Shown one piece after another: positions 31,922 to 41,978 of a stretch of DNA of 64,000 nt. The notes under the pieces are model-generated. The model ran no database searches, was not told the origin of the DNA, and saw only the letters and a list, made by a program, of their open reading frames with translations. Source of the stretch: a virus. Position numbers and translations under genes: made by a program. The stretch's first letter is position 1. The number at the start of each line of letters is the position of its first letter. Where the stretch lies: IMG/VR virus record IMGVR_UViG_3300047508_000265, positions 19,127 through 83,126 of that record; one strand, written 5' to 3'.

Positions 31922-34029
31922 AATTCTTCTCTCTCCCAAACCTATCATCACAAGACGTTTCGGAGACTGATCCACGCACAGCGAAGCGACCGGATTTTGC
32001 AGAGAAGGCAGAGTTCAGAGCTTGGTGTAATGATATCAAAACGCAGCATTGCTTCTACAATCACACGGAAGCAATTACGCCAAGCCTGCGAGTAACCGTC
32101 AATAATGAGCCCTTTTATTTGCATGGCTTCACAGCAGATTACGATGCAGAAATAAAACAGAAGGAAGCGCTGCTGATCATTACACGTAACGCTCCTGCAG
32201 GACTCCTGCCGCGCTTCATATCGTCAACCTTCTCCGGCGGTATCCGTCTGACTTGGGAGTTCGAGGAACCTGTGCTTGTAGATCAAGGCGAACTGTCGGA
32301 GAAATTCATGAAGCTGCTGGTGGCAGAACTGGGAGCAAAGAATTTGGCAGCAGGGTTTGACGTCGCCTCCCTGAAACTAGGGCAGTATTATGAAGCAGGA
32401 CGAAATTGGAACGAGATACCAAACTCCAAGCCAATCAGTAATAAGATTTTACAACTCATCTTCTTTCGAGCGGCAAATCAAACGACCATAAAATCTGAAG
32501 GACCGAAGATACCGATCGAAAAGGTGGCAGAGCAAGTGGAGAAACTATTCCCCAGCAGGGTGAAAGATTTCTCCGTAGGGCAGAGAGTCCCCTTATTTTG
32601 GGTAGAACCATTTGAGCCCCGAGTTGGTGCACAAATAGGCGATCTTGGAATGCTCTGCTACTCCACTCGCGCAGGCAAGAGCTTCGTTCCGTGGAGCGAA
32701 ATCTTGGGCACGGAATTCATGAGAGATTATCAGGCGCAGAGAATTGGTGCTGCCGCGGAAGGGTTGTACTTCGATGGACAGCACTACTGGCGGAAGGATT
32801 TCGAGTTTTACTGGCAGAAGGCTACGAAGGAAGACACGATCATGTGGCTCAAAAGTCAGGGCGTAAATCCTCGACCGGAAACTAAGAGTTACGCCAGCGA
32901 GGCAGAGCGAGTCCTGTTGGTATCACAGGCACAGCATCGCGTGAAGGCAGCAGTGCCGATTGTTCATAATAAAAACACCATCGTAGTAGATGAAAGCGGC
33001 AGTAAATTTCTTAACATATCTACCCGCAAGATAATGCAGCCCGCGGAAGAGGACGGAAGCTTCAACTGGATAGCGAAGTTCTTCCAAAATATCTGGGCGA
33101 AACCTACGGAGACCCAGAAAGATTTCTTTCTAGCTTGGCTACAACACGCCTATCAGAGTTGTTTAAATGGGAAGCCGGATCAGGGTCAGGCGCTTTTCAT
33201 TGCAGGTCCGCCCTCAAGTGGTAAGACCTTCATGAATTACCACATCCTAGCCAAAATATTTGGTGGATGCGCCGACCCTTCCGAGCTTCTGATGGGCCGC
33301 ACAAATTTTAATAAGAATGAAAGTGAAAACTATTTGTGGGCGATTGATGACACTCGCGGAGCAGCGATGTGGGATAGCAAGCTGAAGTTCGGCGCCAGTA
33401 TCAAGAAATATGTAGCAAACCCCTATGTAAGATGTGAAGGTAAAGGAAAAGATGCAGCACAAATATCATGGAACGGACGAATTGTTGTCACCTGTAATAC
33501 TGACACCCGATCACTTGAAATCATTCCTCCCTTGGACGAAGAAGGAATACTCGACAAAATTAGTCTGTTTCTCTGGGACGGATGGAAGGCTCCATTTTTA
33601 CCCAATAAAGGTACCGAAACCGTTGTGACCAAAGAGCTTCCCCACTTCCTGCGTTGGTTGATCGGATGGAAAGTGCCAAAGGAATGTGTTTCAGACAATC
33701 CTCGCTTCGCGGTCAACTCATACCACCATCCGGATTTGTTAGAAAGCACTCAGGATTTATCCAGCGGCGCCAGGCTAAAGGATTTACTGAAACACTTACT
33801 CGAATCACAAGATGGACTTGGAACAGGGAAGCAGTGGATGACCCCCACAAAACTCAGGGCTTGGTTGAGCAAAGTTGTGGGTTCCGGCGAATTAGTTGAA
33901 TTTGGAAAGAATCGGATGAAAGAAGGTCTCGAAGAGCTTAAATTTAAGAGGCGAAGGAACGGAACCTCAACAGAGTATTTGGTTTACGACTCAGACCCTG
34001 AGGCGGGAGACAAACATCTATATGAATAG
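31918..34029 (+). CDS. Primase-helicase (PrimPol-like N-terminus, SF3-like NTPase)
   Basis: ADYD and STFSGG.R motifs; Walker A GPPSSGKT; Walker B AIDD; VTCN. Confidence 0.8.
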   Translation: MKFFSLPNLSSQDVSETDPRTAKRPDFAEKAEFRAWCNDIKTQHCFYNHTEAITPSLRVTVNNEPFYLHGFTADYDAEIKQKEALLIITRNAPAGLLPRFISSTFSGGIRLTWEFEEPVLVDQGELSEKFMKLLVAELGAKNLAAGFDVASLKLGQYYEAGRNWNEIPNSKPISNKILQLIFFRAANQTTIKSEGPKIPIEKVAEQVEKLFPSRVKDFSVGQRVPLFWVEPFEPRVGAQIGDLGMLCYSTRAGKSFVPWSEILGTEFMRDYQAQRIGAAAEGLYFDGQHYWRKDFEFYWQKATKEDTIMWLKSQGVNPRPETKSYASEAERVLLVSQAQHRVKAAVPIVHNKNTIVVDESGSKFLNISTRKIMQPAEEDGSFNWIAKFFQNIWAKPTETQKDFFLAWLQHAYQSCLNGKPDQGQALFIAGPPSSGKTFMNYHILAKIFGGCADPSELLMGRTNFNKNESENYLWAIDDTRGAAMWDSKLKFGASIKKYVANPYVRCEGKGKDAAQISWNGRIVVTCNTDTRSLEIIPPLDEEGILDKISLFLWDGWKAPFLPNKGTETVVTKELPHFLRWLIGWKVPKECVSDNPRFAVNSYHHPDLLESTQDLSSGARLKDLLKHLLESQDGLGTGKQWMTPTKLRAWLSKVVGSGELVEFGKNRMKEGLEELKFKRRRNGTSTEYLVYDSDPEAGDKHLYE

Positions 34030-34252
34030 GCGAAACATCCACAAAACATATATGGCCATATACAAAACATATATTGGCACTTATCTGCTTCAAGGCGAGA
34101 GCTTTAAGTCCTATTGAATGATCATTCATATATGTTTTTACTATTCTGTCCGCTAAACAAAAAAAAAGAGGAAAGTGTAAAGAAATGATACACATTATGG
34201 TCAAAGTGGGCCCTTTGGCGCTACGGACTTCAAAAACATATATACATATATG
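34010..34252. repeat. AT-rich cluster of AAACATATAT(G) repeats, candidate replication origin
   Basis: About six direct and inverted copies immediately after the primase-helicase. Confidence 0.5.
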
Positions 34253-34483
34253 AACCCCTTAAAATGGTTTAAATCCCTGTGGCCGCAGCAACGAGCCCAA
34301 GTCCCGTTGGATATCGCCGTTCGCAACGCCCTGCGAGTTTGCATCCAACCCGTTCAGCTTACCGAGGAGCAATTTGAGGCCCTCTACTGCCTCATTATGG
34401 AGAACGAGGTCTTGGCGCCAAATCACAAGGATGCTGGGGAGATTATTACTAAGTTCTTTAAGGAGAATAATATACATATATGA
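34250..34483 (+). CDS. Hypothetical protein
   Basis: ATG ORF coupled to the next gene. Confidence 0.55.
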   Translation: MNPLKWFKSLWPQQRAQVPLDIAVRNALRVCIQPVQLTEEQFEALYCLIMENEVLAPNHKDAGEIITKFFKENNIHI

Positions 34484-34767
34484 GCCGTCTGCGTTGCACT
34501 TGTGATCCTGATTCAGAGGGCTGCACTTGTGGTTATGCTTTTGCTGGCATTGACCTTTTAAACCCTGACACCTGGCACAACCCATACCCTATGCAAATAA
34601 CACTGGAACAAAGAATCAAGGATGAGATTGAGTATCTGAAAGATCGAGTAATCTTCCTCAGTCGAGAAATAGAGGCAAGACATGCTCAGATTGAAGAGAT
34701 CAAGAGATTTCAGTTGTCTTTGGAAACGAAACTAATGCTGAACAAAACCGATGAATCCCGAAAATAA
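34480..34767 (+). CDS. Hypothetical coiled-coil protein
   Basis: ATGA-coupled. Confidence 0.55.
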   Translation: MSRLRCTCDPDSEGCTCGYAFAGIDLLNPDTWHNPYPMQITLEQRIKDEIEYLKDRVIFLSREIEARHAQIEEIKRFQLSLETKLMLNKTDESRK

Positions 34768-34936
34768 ATACACCATAGAGGGCCTCGCCCCCGATCGCTT
34801 CCTGATTCAGGTAGAGCGCTCCGGGTATCCTCGCCTACTAATATGCACAGCACATTCCGAACCTTACGCCCGTGTAATTGTGATCGCCTTAATGGAAATT
34901 GACAAGAACCGCGGCATCAACTGGGATAGATTATGA
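34751..34936 (+). CDS. Hypothetical protein
   Basis: Overlapping operon arrangement. Confidence 0.5.
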   Translation: MNPENKYTIEGLAPDRFLIQVERSGYPRLLICTAHSEPYARVIVIALMEIDKNRGINWDRL

Positions 34937-35283
34937 AGGTAAAACTTCGCCCTATGAATAAGAGATTTGTCGTGCCTATTTATGAAGCGCGAATTAGATT
35001 GGTTGTATCATATGATGTTACCGCGGAGCGTAAGAAATTTATACATTTGTTCGGTTCTGTTCCGGATGAATATTATGACGCCGTATGTTCTTATTCAGGC
35101 TATGGTGATTTTGCCTTATTTTTTGAGTGTAAGCCCCTGTCTTTGAATGTTTTGTCTCATGAAGTATTTCATCTTACTCACCGCATTCTTGATTGGGTAA
35201 GCGCAAATTTTGATGGCGGGCACCATGAGCAGGGAGCTTTATTGCATGGTTATTTAATGGAGACTATAAAAAATAAATTATGA
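34933..35283 (+). CDS. HExxH zincin-like small protein
   Basis: LSHEVFHL...EQGALL.GY. Confidence 0.6.
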   Translation: MKVKLRPMNKRFVVPIYEARIRLVVSYDVTAERKKFIHLFGSVPDEYYDAVCSYSGYGDFALFFECKPLSLNVLSHEVFHLTHRILDWVSANFDGGHHEQGALLHGYLMETIKNKL

Positions 35284-35379
35284 TAATTATTGGCCTTTGG
35301 ATTACGATTACACATACTGATGTCTTGCTTCACCAGTTTACTCCGGATCAGTTTCCTGTACTTCAAGAGAAAGAGATTT

Positions 35380-35703
35380 ATGAAAGATAAAGGTAAGAAA
35401 ATTCAAGCAGCGAAGGCGGCTAAGCAAGCTGTTTTCGGTAAGCAACTTATAAAAGTTAATGACGAGTGGTCTATCGCCAGAATAGACGAATACAACTGGC
35501 AGATCAGGAAAAAGACCCTGCCCTATCCCAAAGCGCAGCCTTGGTATTTTGGGACTCTTCAGGGCGCTTTTGTGGCTCTTCCTGAGAAGATGCTTGATGA
35601 AGAGGCTAAAAACTCCATGGCGGAAGCCCAGAGAGACTACAGACGCTTTCTAGAAGTTGTCGAGAAGACTTTGGGGAAGATCGGAGTAGATACAAATAGA
35701 TGA
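35380..35703 (+). CDS. Hypothetical protein
   Basis: TTTATG start MKDKGKK. Confidence 0.55.
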   Translation: MKDKGKKIQAAKAAKQAVFGKQLIKVNDEWSIARIDEYNWQIRKKTLPYPKAQPWYFGTLQGAFVALPEKMLDEEAKNSMAEAQRDYRRFLEVVEKTLGKIGVDTNR

Positions 35704-36260
35704 TTGGATGTATTTGCTGCCACGGGCCTCTGGATGAAGAAGGTCTGTGCTATATTTGTGACTGGAAGAAAATGGATGAGAAGCATTTGAAAAATAGAAG
35801 GCACCATTATCGAGCCGAAGACGGCTTCCCTTGCCCTTGCGGCAAGCCCATCGATGATCCAATTCATATCCCTAGAATATGAAAGTTGATGTCTATAAAG
35901 ACCGGATACTCTTATTTCCTGAATCCGACGCAGAAGTGCATCAACTAGAATGGATTAAGGATCGTGTGGAGAAGGAAAGCGAATTCGCCTTTTGCGAACA
36001 TCGCCAGTGGGATATTGTGAGTTTGACCCTGTATCCGGAGAGAAGAATATGAACTCGCCGTTTTGGCTGGGTTTTTTGGCGGGATAAGACTTTTTACGTA
36101 AAATACATATGATATACAGATTTAAACGAGTCCGCAATCCGGATAGATATATGATTAAAGATGGAAAATACATTCGTGCCGTGCTCTCTAAAGGCCCATC
36201 TAACCCAGCTTGGAAGACTGTGCCAAAAACAGTGTTTATTATGCGCGGAGTTGATTTGTC

Positions 36261-36289
36261 TTTACATTCGCCCCAGAATTTGAGATAAT
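36261..36289 (+). promoter_or_regulatory. Promoter TTTACA-N17-GATAAT, 8 nt before ATG
   Basis: Conserved AATTTGAGATAATA. Confidence 0.65.
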
Positions 36290-36297
36290 ATAAGAAC

Positions 36298-36582
36298 ATG
36301 AAAATCAGTAAAGAAGAGCGAAGATTACGACAAGAACTACGAGATTTTAAAAATGAGATGGACGCTGCTTGGTTTAAAGTCGAGCATCCTATCACTAGGC
36401 AAGGCCCACATTATTATCCTGATACTTGTGTAAAATCTTTCAATCTTAGTTCCTTATACAATGAGATAGAAGCTGTAGACAGACTTGGCTATGATGTAGT
36501 GCTTCGCGCTTCATTGCCCCAAACTATCAATGTAATGTATGCGCAAAGACCTCCTTCAAAACCATGGCAACTAAGATGTTAA
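36298..36582 (+). CDS. Hypothetical protein
   Basis: Directly follows the promoter. Confidence 0.65.
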   Translation: MKISKEERRLRQELRDFKNEMDAAWFKVEHPITRQGPHYYPDTCVKSFNLSSLYNEIEAVDRLGYDVVLRASLPQTINVMYAQRPPSKPWQLRC

Positions 36583-36733
36583 GATTCGGTTGGACTACAA
36601 GTATGGAAACCCCATTGACTATGCATGTTTGTGACGAAAAACATTCGGATGATAATATTCCAGTAGTCGTGATTCGCCTGCCGTTTTTATCCACGAAGAT
36701 GAAGAAGAAATGTGAAAAGTTTGCAGAGGAGTA

Positions 36734-37072
36734 TTGTCCCGCGTGATTAATCGAGAACGATTTTGGATTAAGGGCGCTAACATGGATGTTCCTTGGGGAG
36801 TTTCTATTTATTATGGTTTAGAAAGCACTGATGGGCCTAAGGCTTTTGCTTTACCGGTTGAATTAAAGGAGTTCTCCGAGGATTCTCCTGAAAGGCCAAA
36901 ACCTATGTTGGTTGTAGAGTCTGCCGCTGCTTTGCAATCTCTTATGGATGAATTGTGGAAAGAGGGAATTCGCCCTTCTGACATTGGTACTCCTGGCCAT
37001 CTGGCTGCGACCCAAGCGCATCTTTCTGATATGAGAAAACTTGTTGAAGGAACTTTGAAAATAAAATTATGA
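36734..37072 (+). CDS. Hypothetical phage protein
   Basis: QSLMDELW..GIRPS...A...HL.DMR motif. Confidence 0.65.
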   Translation: MSRVINRERFWIKGANMDVPWGVSIYYGLESTDGPKAFALPVELKEFSEDSPERPKPMLVVESAAALQSLMDELWKEGIRPSDIGTPGHLAATQAHLSDMRKLVEGTLKIKL

Positions 37073-37458
37073 AACGAAGAAACTTTCTAACTCTCGCCCT
37101 TGCATCCCTGCTTCCCTTACCCTTTGTTGCGAAGAAAAAGTGGTATCCGATTCCTCCGCCTTTACCACTTTATGAACGCTTTAGTTTTACTGTGCGGGAA
37201 TTAGGTGAACGATATGATATAGAAGGGAACGTCTTGCTTCCCTGTTTCCGTGCAGTTATTAGAGATGGCAGCAAGCATATGGTTATTCAATCAACCACTT
37301 TTACAAATACCCGAGAGCGCCGTATGGCTTTGGACGGCCTGTATCATAATATCGGATACGTAACCCGTCGGAGACAATTCCCAAAAGATACGCTGATCTA
37401 CGATCGTGTAGATGATGAGCCGGGTTATCGCCTTTGTAATCCAAGATATCCTGTATGA
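37069..37458 (+). CDS. Protein with twin-arginine-like N-terminus
   Basis: MKRRNFLTLALASLLPL. Confidence 0.55.
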   Translation: MKRRNFLTLALASLLPLPFVAKKKWYPIPPPLPLYERFSFTVRELGERYDIEGNVLLPCFRAVIRDGSKHMVIQSTTFTNTRERRMALDGLYHNIGYVTRRRQFPKDTLIYDRVDDEPGYRLCNPRYPV

Positions 37459-37646
37459 CGGCGGAAGAGTTTGTAAATAAAGTTTGTCCTGAGCATTGTA
37501 GAACAACTTGCTCTGATGATAATTTAACAAATGGGTTAGGAAGTGGTGATACAGAAAATGATTTTCGCTGTTCTAAATGTGTTTTACTGGAAGTTGCCCG
37601 AGAGTTAGTCGCACTTCCTCCCAAATTTTACTTGGTAGGTTCATGA
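37455..37646 (+). CDS. Small Cys-rich protein
   Basis: PEH.RT.CSD.N..NG...RC..C. Confidence 0.55.
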   Translation: MTAEEFVNKVCPEHCRTTCSDDNLTNGLGSGDTENDFRCSKCVLLEVARELVALPPKFYLVGS

Positions 37647-37904
37647 AACTTCTGATCCCCTGCATCCCTGTCTCCTTGCTTCTTGGCTGCGCGAGAGTTG
37701 GTGAAGCTTTTACGCGACCCCATGATCAGGTGACGGGAATAGATAATTTAATACAGACCGGTGTTATAGTTGGGGTTATTCTAGTTTTTGCTATTGGATT
37801 CGGTGCGGTTATGAAATTACTGAAATGAAAGTTCTGGGCCTAATCGCCTTTATCGTTGTCTATCTGACTATCTTGTATCAAATTTTAAAACGAGTGAAGC
37901 TTAT

Positions 37905-38795
37905 ATGACTATTTGCCTGCATTGTATGGTTAAAAATGGTCGCTGGACTTTGCCTGCGCTGTTTGAGTCTTGTGAGAAGTTTGTTGATAACGCTGTGATT
38001 TTAGATACCGGCAGTACAGACGGTACTCGAAGATGGCTACGTGAGCAGTCCATAATTCCAACAGAAGTGATAGAGCAACCTTTCGTGAATTTCGGCAAGA
38101 CCCGAACCATTGGAATGGCCCACGCCCGCGGGCAAGCTGACTGGCTTCTCCTGCTGGACTCTGATATGGTGCTTCGCTGCGACAAGCCGGTAGAGGAAAT
38201 TAAGGCTTCGATCGATCCCACGGCCAAAGCCTACATGCTCCAAATGGATCAACCGGTAACCTATTGGAATACTCGCCTGGTTAGCGGCAAGGAATTGTGG
38301 GAATACAAGGGAGTGACTCATGAGTATCTGGATCGTTCCGCGGGTTCGCCTAAGTTGGAAGGTCTTATGGTTGAGCATCACTTCAATCATGGACCACAGA
38401 AGTTCGAACGCGATCTTCGTCTGCTTTCTGCGGACGTTTCACGAGATCCGTATGATGCTAGAACAATTTTTTATCTTGCTCAGACTTTGCGGGATATGGG
38501 CCACACTCTTCCTGCGATTTGGTACTATCAGTTACGTGCTGCGATGGGCGGATGGGAAGAGGAGAAATTCTATTCGTTATATGAGGCAGCAAGATTGGCG
38601 GGAGACCCAAGAGCTATGGAAGCTGCTTATAAATTTCGACCTAGTCGCGCTGAAACTGCTGATTGGTTGGCGAATTATTATAGAACTCAGGGGGACAATA
38701 TGTGTACCGGAAAGTGGGAAAACATAAGGGCCAATATCCCTCTTCCTCCCGATATACTGTTCCTTAACACCAAAAGTTATGGCCCCCGAAACTAG
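37905..38795 (+). CDS. GT2 glycosyltransferase with TPR repeats
   Basis: ICL...VKN, ILDTGSTDGT, NFG..R, LLLDSD, GVTHE, R..FYLAQT.RD TPR helices. Confidence 0.88.
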   Translation: MTICLHCMVKNGRWTLPALFESCEKFVDNAVILDTGSTDGTRRWLREQSIIPTEVIEQPFVNFGKTRTIGMAHARGQADWLLLLDSDMVLRCDKPVEEIKASIDPTAKAYMLQMDQPVTYWNTRLVSGKELWEYKGVTHEYLDRSAGSPKLEGLMVEHHFNHGPQKFERDLRLLSADVSRDPYDARTIFYLAQTLRDMGHTLPAIWYYQLRAAMGGWEEEKFYSLYEAARLAGDPRAMEAAYKFRPSRAETADWLANYYRTQGDNMCTGKWENIRANIPLPPDILFLNTKSYGPRN

Positions 38796-38997
38796 AAGCC
38801 CTTACCGGTATTACTATAGAACTCGTCCTGCGACGTTTCGAGAAAAATGGCGAATGTTGTGGACTGATTGGTCTTGGCCAATTACAATTGATTATCTTGT
38901 TCCTGTAAAGAAAGGCGAGCCGGGATATGAAGAAGCGCCTTATGAAGAAACATTTATTCAGTATAGAGATGTTTGGAGTATAGAATGTACGAAGTAA
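38779..38997 (+). CDS. Hypothetical protein
   Basis: Overlapping operon ORF. Confidence 0.45.
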   Translation: MAPETRSPYRYYYRTRPATFREKWRMLWTDWSWPITIDYLVPVKKGEPGYEEAPYEETFIQYRDVWSIECTK

Positions 38998-39148
38998 TTG
39001 ACAGCCAAGGAATAGTTTTAGCAGAATATGAGGATTTGAAAGACGCCGAGTTATTTACGGATGGTATAGAGACTGAAGAAACCTTGGATATTGTAGATAC
39101 CTGCCCGCATCCACCAAATCTTTTTCTTAGTCATGGGAATTTAACACA

Positions 39149-39466
39149 ATGATACTTGATGAATACCAAGAGCGAGCTTATGACTTGGCGCTTCCTACGA
39201 CCAAAAATATAACTTACATGTTGCTTGGAGTAACTAATGAATCTGGGGAGGCCGCTGGGAAATTGAAGAAAGCGCTTCGAGGCGATAAGAAACTAGCCGC
39301 GATAACTGAAGATATCGCACAGGAATTGGGTGATGTGCTTTGGTATGTATCCGGAGCCGCTAGAGTTCTAGGGTATTCTTTGGATGAAATCGCCTGTATG
39401 AATTTGAAAAAATTGGAAGATAGACAATTGAGAGGTAAACTGCAAGGTGACGGAGACGAACGCTAA
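39149..39466 (+). CDS. MazG-like NTP pyrophosphohydrolase
   Basis: LG...E.GE...K.KK..R...ELGDVLWY...N..KL..R..RG...G.GD.R. Confidence 0.9.
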   Translation: MILDEYQERAYDLALPTTKNITYMLLGVTNESGEAAGKLKKALRGDKKLAAITEDIAQELGDVLWYVSGAARVLGYSLDEIACMNLKKLEDRQLRGKLQGDGDER

Positions 39467-39938
39467 AATTATTTATTCGCTTTTATGGGGTTTAGTTTTT
39501 CCTGAAAAAAGGAAAGTGATTCTTCATAAGTATAATATTTCGGATAAAAGAAAAGCGGTAACGAGACGATATGCACAATCTGAGCGCGGAAAACAAACTA
39601 TTACAGCTTATAACAATTCATCTCAAGGTAAGAACAATAGACGGCGAGCCAAACGAAAATACAAACGGTCTGAAAAGGGCCGACTAAAGAATTGTGTTCA
39701 TGCTGCAAAACGTAATGCTCTGAAGAGGTGTCGTACGGTTGGTGATCTTTTTGCTATAGAAAAGGTTTACGCTCGTGCGCAAGAGCTTCGACAATGGTTT
39801 GATGTTGTAGTTGATCATATTGTTCCTCTTGCTAAAGGCGGCGCCCATTCTCCAGAAAATTTGCAGATTATTTATGCTTTTGAAAATGAACGCAAGGGAG
39901 CCCGCTTAGATTATAAGCCACGAGTTATTTTCAAATGA
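39447..39938 (+). CDS. HNH homing endonuclease, family A
   Basis: VDHIVPLAKGGAHSPENLQIIY; exact start uncertain. Confidence 0.88.
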   Translation: MTETNAKIIYSLLWGLVFPEKRKVILHKYNISDKRKAVTRRYAQSERGKQTITAYNNSSQGKNNRRRAKRKYKRSEKGRLKNCVHAAKRNALKRCRTVGDLFAIEKVYARAQELRQWFDVVVDHIVPLAKGGAHSPENLQIIYAFENERKGARLDYKPRVIFK

Positions 39939-41839
39939 TTTTATCAGAAAAGTTTCTCAAGCCTTATAAAACAGCTAAACCGCCCTTCGGGTTTAATGGT
40001 CTTGGGCATGTTGTATATCGCCGGACCTACAGTCGTTTTAAAGAGGACGGTCAGTTAGAAGATTGGTGGGAAACTTTGCAGCGTTGTGTGGAGGGCGCTC
40101 AAAAGATTGGTGCGGAATACACAGTTGAAGAAGCAGAAAAACTTTATAACCATTTATTTAATCTTAGATGCTCGTTCGCCGGAAGGTCTTTGTGGCAGTT
40201 CGGGGCTCCTACACTTGACAAACTCGGCGCGGCATCGCTACTTAATTGTTGGTTTGTTCCGATAACCAAACCTTATGACTTCTGTTTTTTATTCGATAAT
40301 CTTATGCTCGGAGGAGGCTGCGGATTTTCCATCCGTCGTCAAGATGTTCACGAACTTCCAAGAGTTAAACGCGGAGTTTCGATTACTCATCAAAAATGCA
40401 GCGACGCCGATTTCATTGTTCCCGATTCCCGTGAAGGGTGGGTACGGTTATTGCGCCGAGTTCTTAGGTCCTACTTTGAAACCGGTACAAGTTTTAATTA
40501 CTCGACTATTCTTGTGCGACCTCGCGGTGAAAGGATAGCGGGATTCGGGGGGATTGCTAGTGGGCCTATCAATCTTATAGAAGGTGTAGAGTCTATTTGT
40601 AAAGTTTTACGAGCACGAGAGGGCAAAAAACTTAGGTCTATCGATGCTCTTGATATTTGTAATATAATAGGAAGCATAGTTGTTTCGGGTAATGTTAGAC
40701 GTTCTGCTGAAGTTGCGCTTTTTGACCCTGATGATGTCCTTCTTTTACGAGCTAAACGTTGGGATTTAGGAGACGTTCCCAATTTTCGCGCAATGTCTAA
40801 TAATAGTCTTTACGCTGATAGTTATGATCATATTATGGATCATGTGTGGCAAACATATGAGGGAAACGGCGAAGCGCTTGGGTTGTTTAATCTTCCCCTT
40901 GCTCAAAGCCAAGGACGATTAGGAGAGGAGCGAGACGATAATTGTGAGGGAGCTAATCCTTGTATGGAGGTTCCTCTTGCGCCTTATGAATGTTGTAATC
41001 TTGCAGAACTATTTTTAAATAATATCGAATCGCCTGAACAATTGTATGAGTGCGCCCGACTTCTCTATAAAACCCAAAAAGCAATTGCTGCTGCTCCCTA
41101 TCACCATCCCGAAACAAATAGAGTGGTCCACCGAAATATGCGATTGGGACTTGGTGCCACTGGAATCTGTCAAGTTTCGAAAAAACTCGAATGGCTCGAT
41201 AAGTGTTATAGAGACCTTCGGAAGTTCGATAGGGAATGGAGCAAGAAACGAGGATGGCCAGAGTCCATCAAACTTACCACCATTAAACCGAGCGGTACGT
41301 TGTCCCTCCTCGCGGGTTCCACGCCGGGTTGTCATCCAGCCTACTCGCAGTACTATCTTCGTCGTGTCCGATTAAGCTCCTCTGATTCCCTGATTCCCTG
41401 CCTCCGTGAAGCTGGCTACAATGTAACTTTTCAGGAGAATCAGGACGGTTCCGTGAATCGTGACACTCTGGTTGTTGAGTTTCCTTGTGAGGCTGGGGAA
41501 GGAGCGAAGCTCGCCTCTGATATGACTGCGGTGGACCAGCTTGAGTTAGTGAAGAAGCTTCAGACGATATGGGCTGATAACGCCGTCTCAGTTACTATTT
41601 ATTATGAACATAGCGAGTTAGACGCCATACGCGCTTGGCTGAAGGAACATTATGCTTCCTCAATTAAATCCGTGAGCTTTCTCCTGAAGCAGGGCCATAA
41701 CTTCAAACAGGCGCCTTATGAGGCGATAGATAAGACAACCTATGATATGCTAATGCAGAAAATTAAACCGATAAAAAATATCTCGCAGGGCGAACTAATA
41801 GAGGAGGAGTGTGCAGGAGGAAAATGCCCAGTTCGCTAA
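39935..41839 (+). CDS. nrdJ: Class II (B12-dependent) ribonucleotide reductase
   Basis: GNVRRSA, NPCME, CNLAE, TTIKPSGT, C-terminal CAGGKCP; no beta subunit nearby. Confidence 0.92.
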   Translation: MILSEKFLKPYKTAKPPFGFNGLGHVVYRRTYSRFKEDGQLEDWWETLQRCVEGAQKIGAEYTVEEAEKLYNHLFNLRCSFAGRSLWQFGAPTLDKLGAASLLNCWFVPITKPYDFCFLFDNLMLGGGCGFSIRRQDVHELPRVKRGVSITHQKCSDADFIVPDSREGWVRLLRRVLRSYFETGTSFNYSTILVRPRGERIAGFGGIASGPINLIEGVESICKVLRAREGKKLRSIDALDICNIIGSIVVSGNVRRSAEVALFDPDDVLLLRAKRWDLGDVPNFRAMSNNSLYADSYDHIMDHVWQTYEGNGEALGLFNLPLAQSQGRLGEERDDNCEGANPCMEVPLAPYECCNLAELFLNNIESPEQLYECARLLYKTQKAIAAAPYHHPETNRVVHRNMRLGLGATGICQVSKKLEWLDKCYRDLRKFDREWSKKRGWPESIKLTTIKPSGTLSLLAGSTPGCHPAYSQYYLRRVRLSSSDSLIPCLREAGYNVTFQENQDGSVNRDTLVVEFPCEAGEGAKLASDMTAVDQLELVKKLQTIWADNAVSVTIYYEHSELDAIRAWLKEHYASSIKSVSFLLKQGHNFKQAPYEAIDKTTYDMLMQKIKPIKNISQGELIEEECAGGKCPVR

Positions 41840-41978
41840 CTTATAAAATGTTGGAGCATATTTCTAAGGAACTTAAGAAATGCAAAATGCCGCCGGTGTA
41901 TAACTCGAAAGGCGAACCTTGTTATGCTTTGCGGTTTTCTGGTACAAAAAGACAATATCGTAAATTGATGAAGAAGTT

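Noticed and set aside
29214-39466. 2-aminoadenine (Z) genome pathway suggested by PolA, HD hydrolase and MazG
   Set aside because: No PurZ/PurA homologue in the window, and HD and MazG genes are common in ordinary phages; cannot be excluded for the rest of the genome
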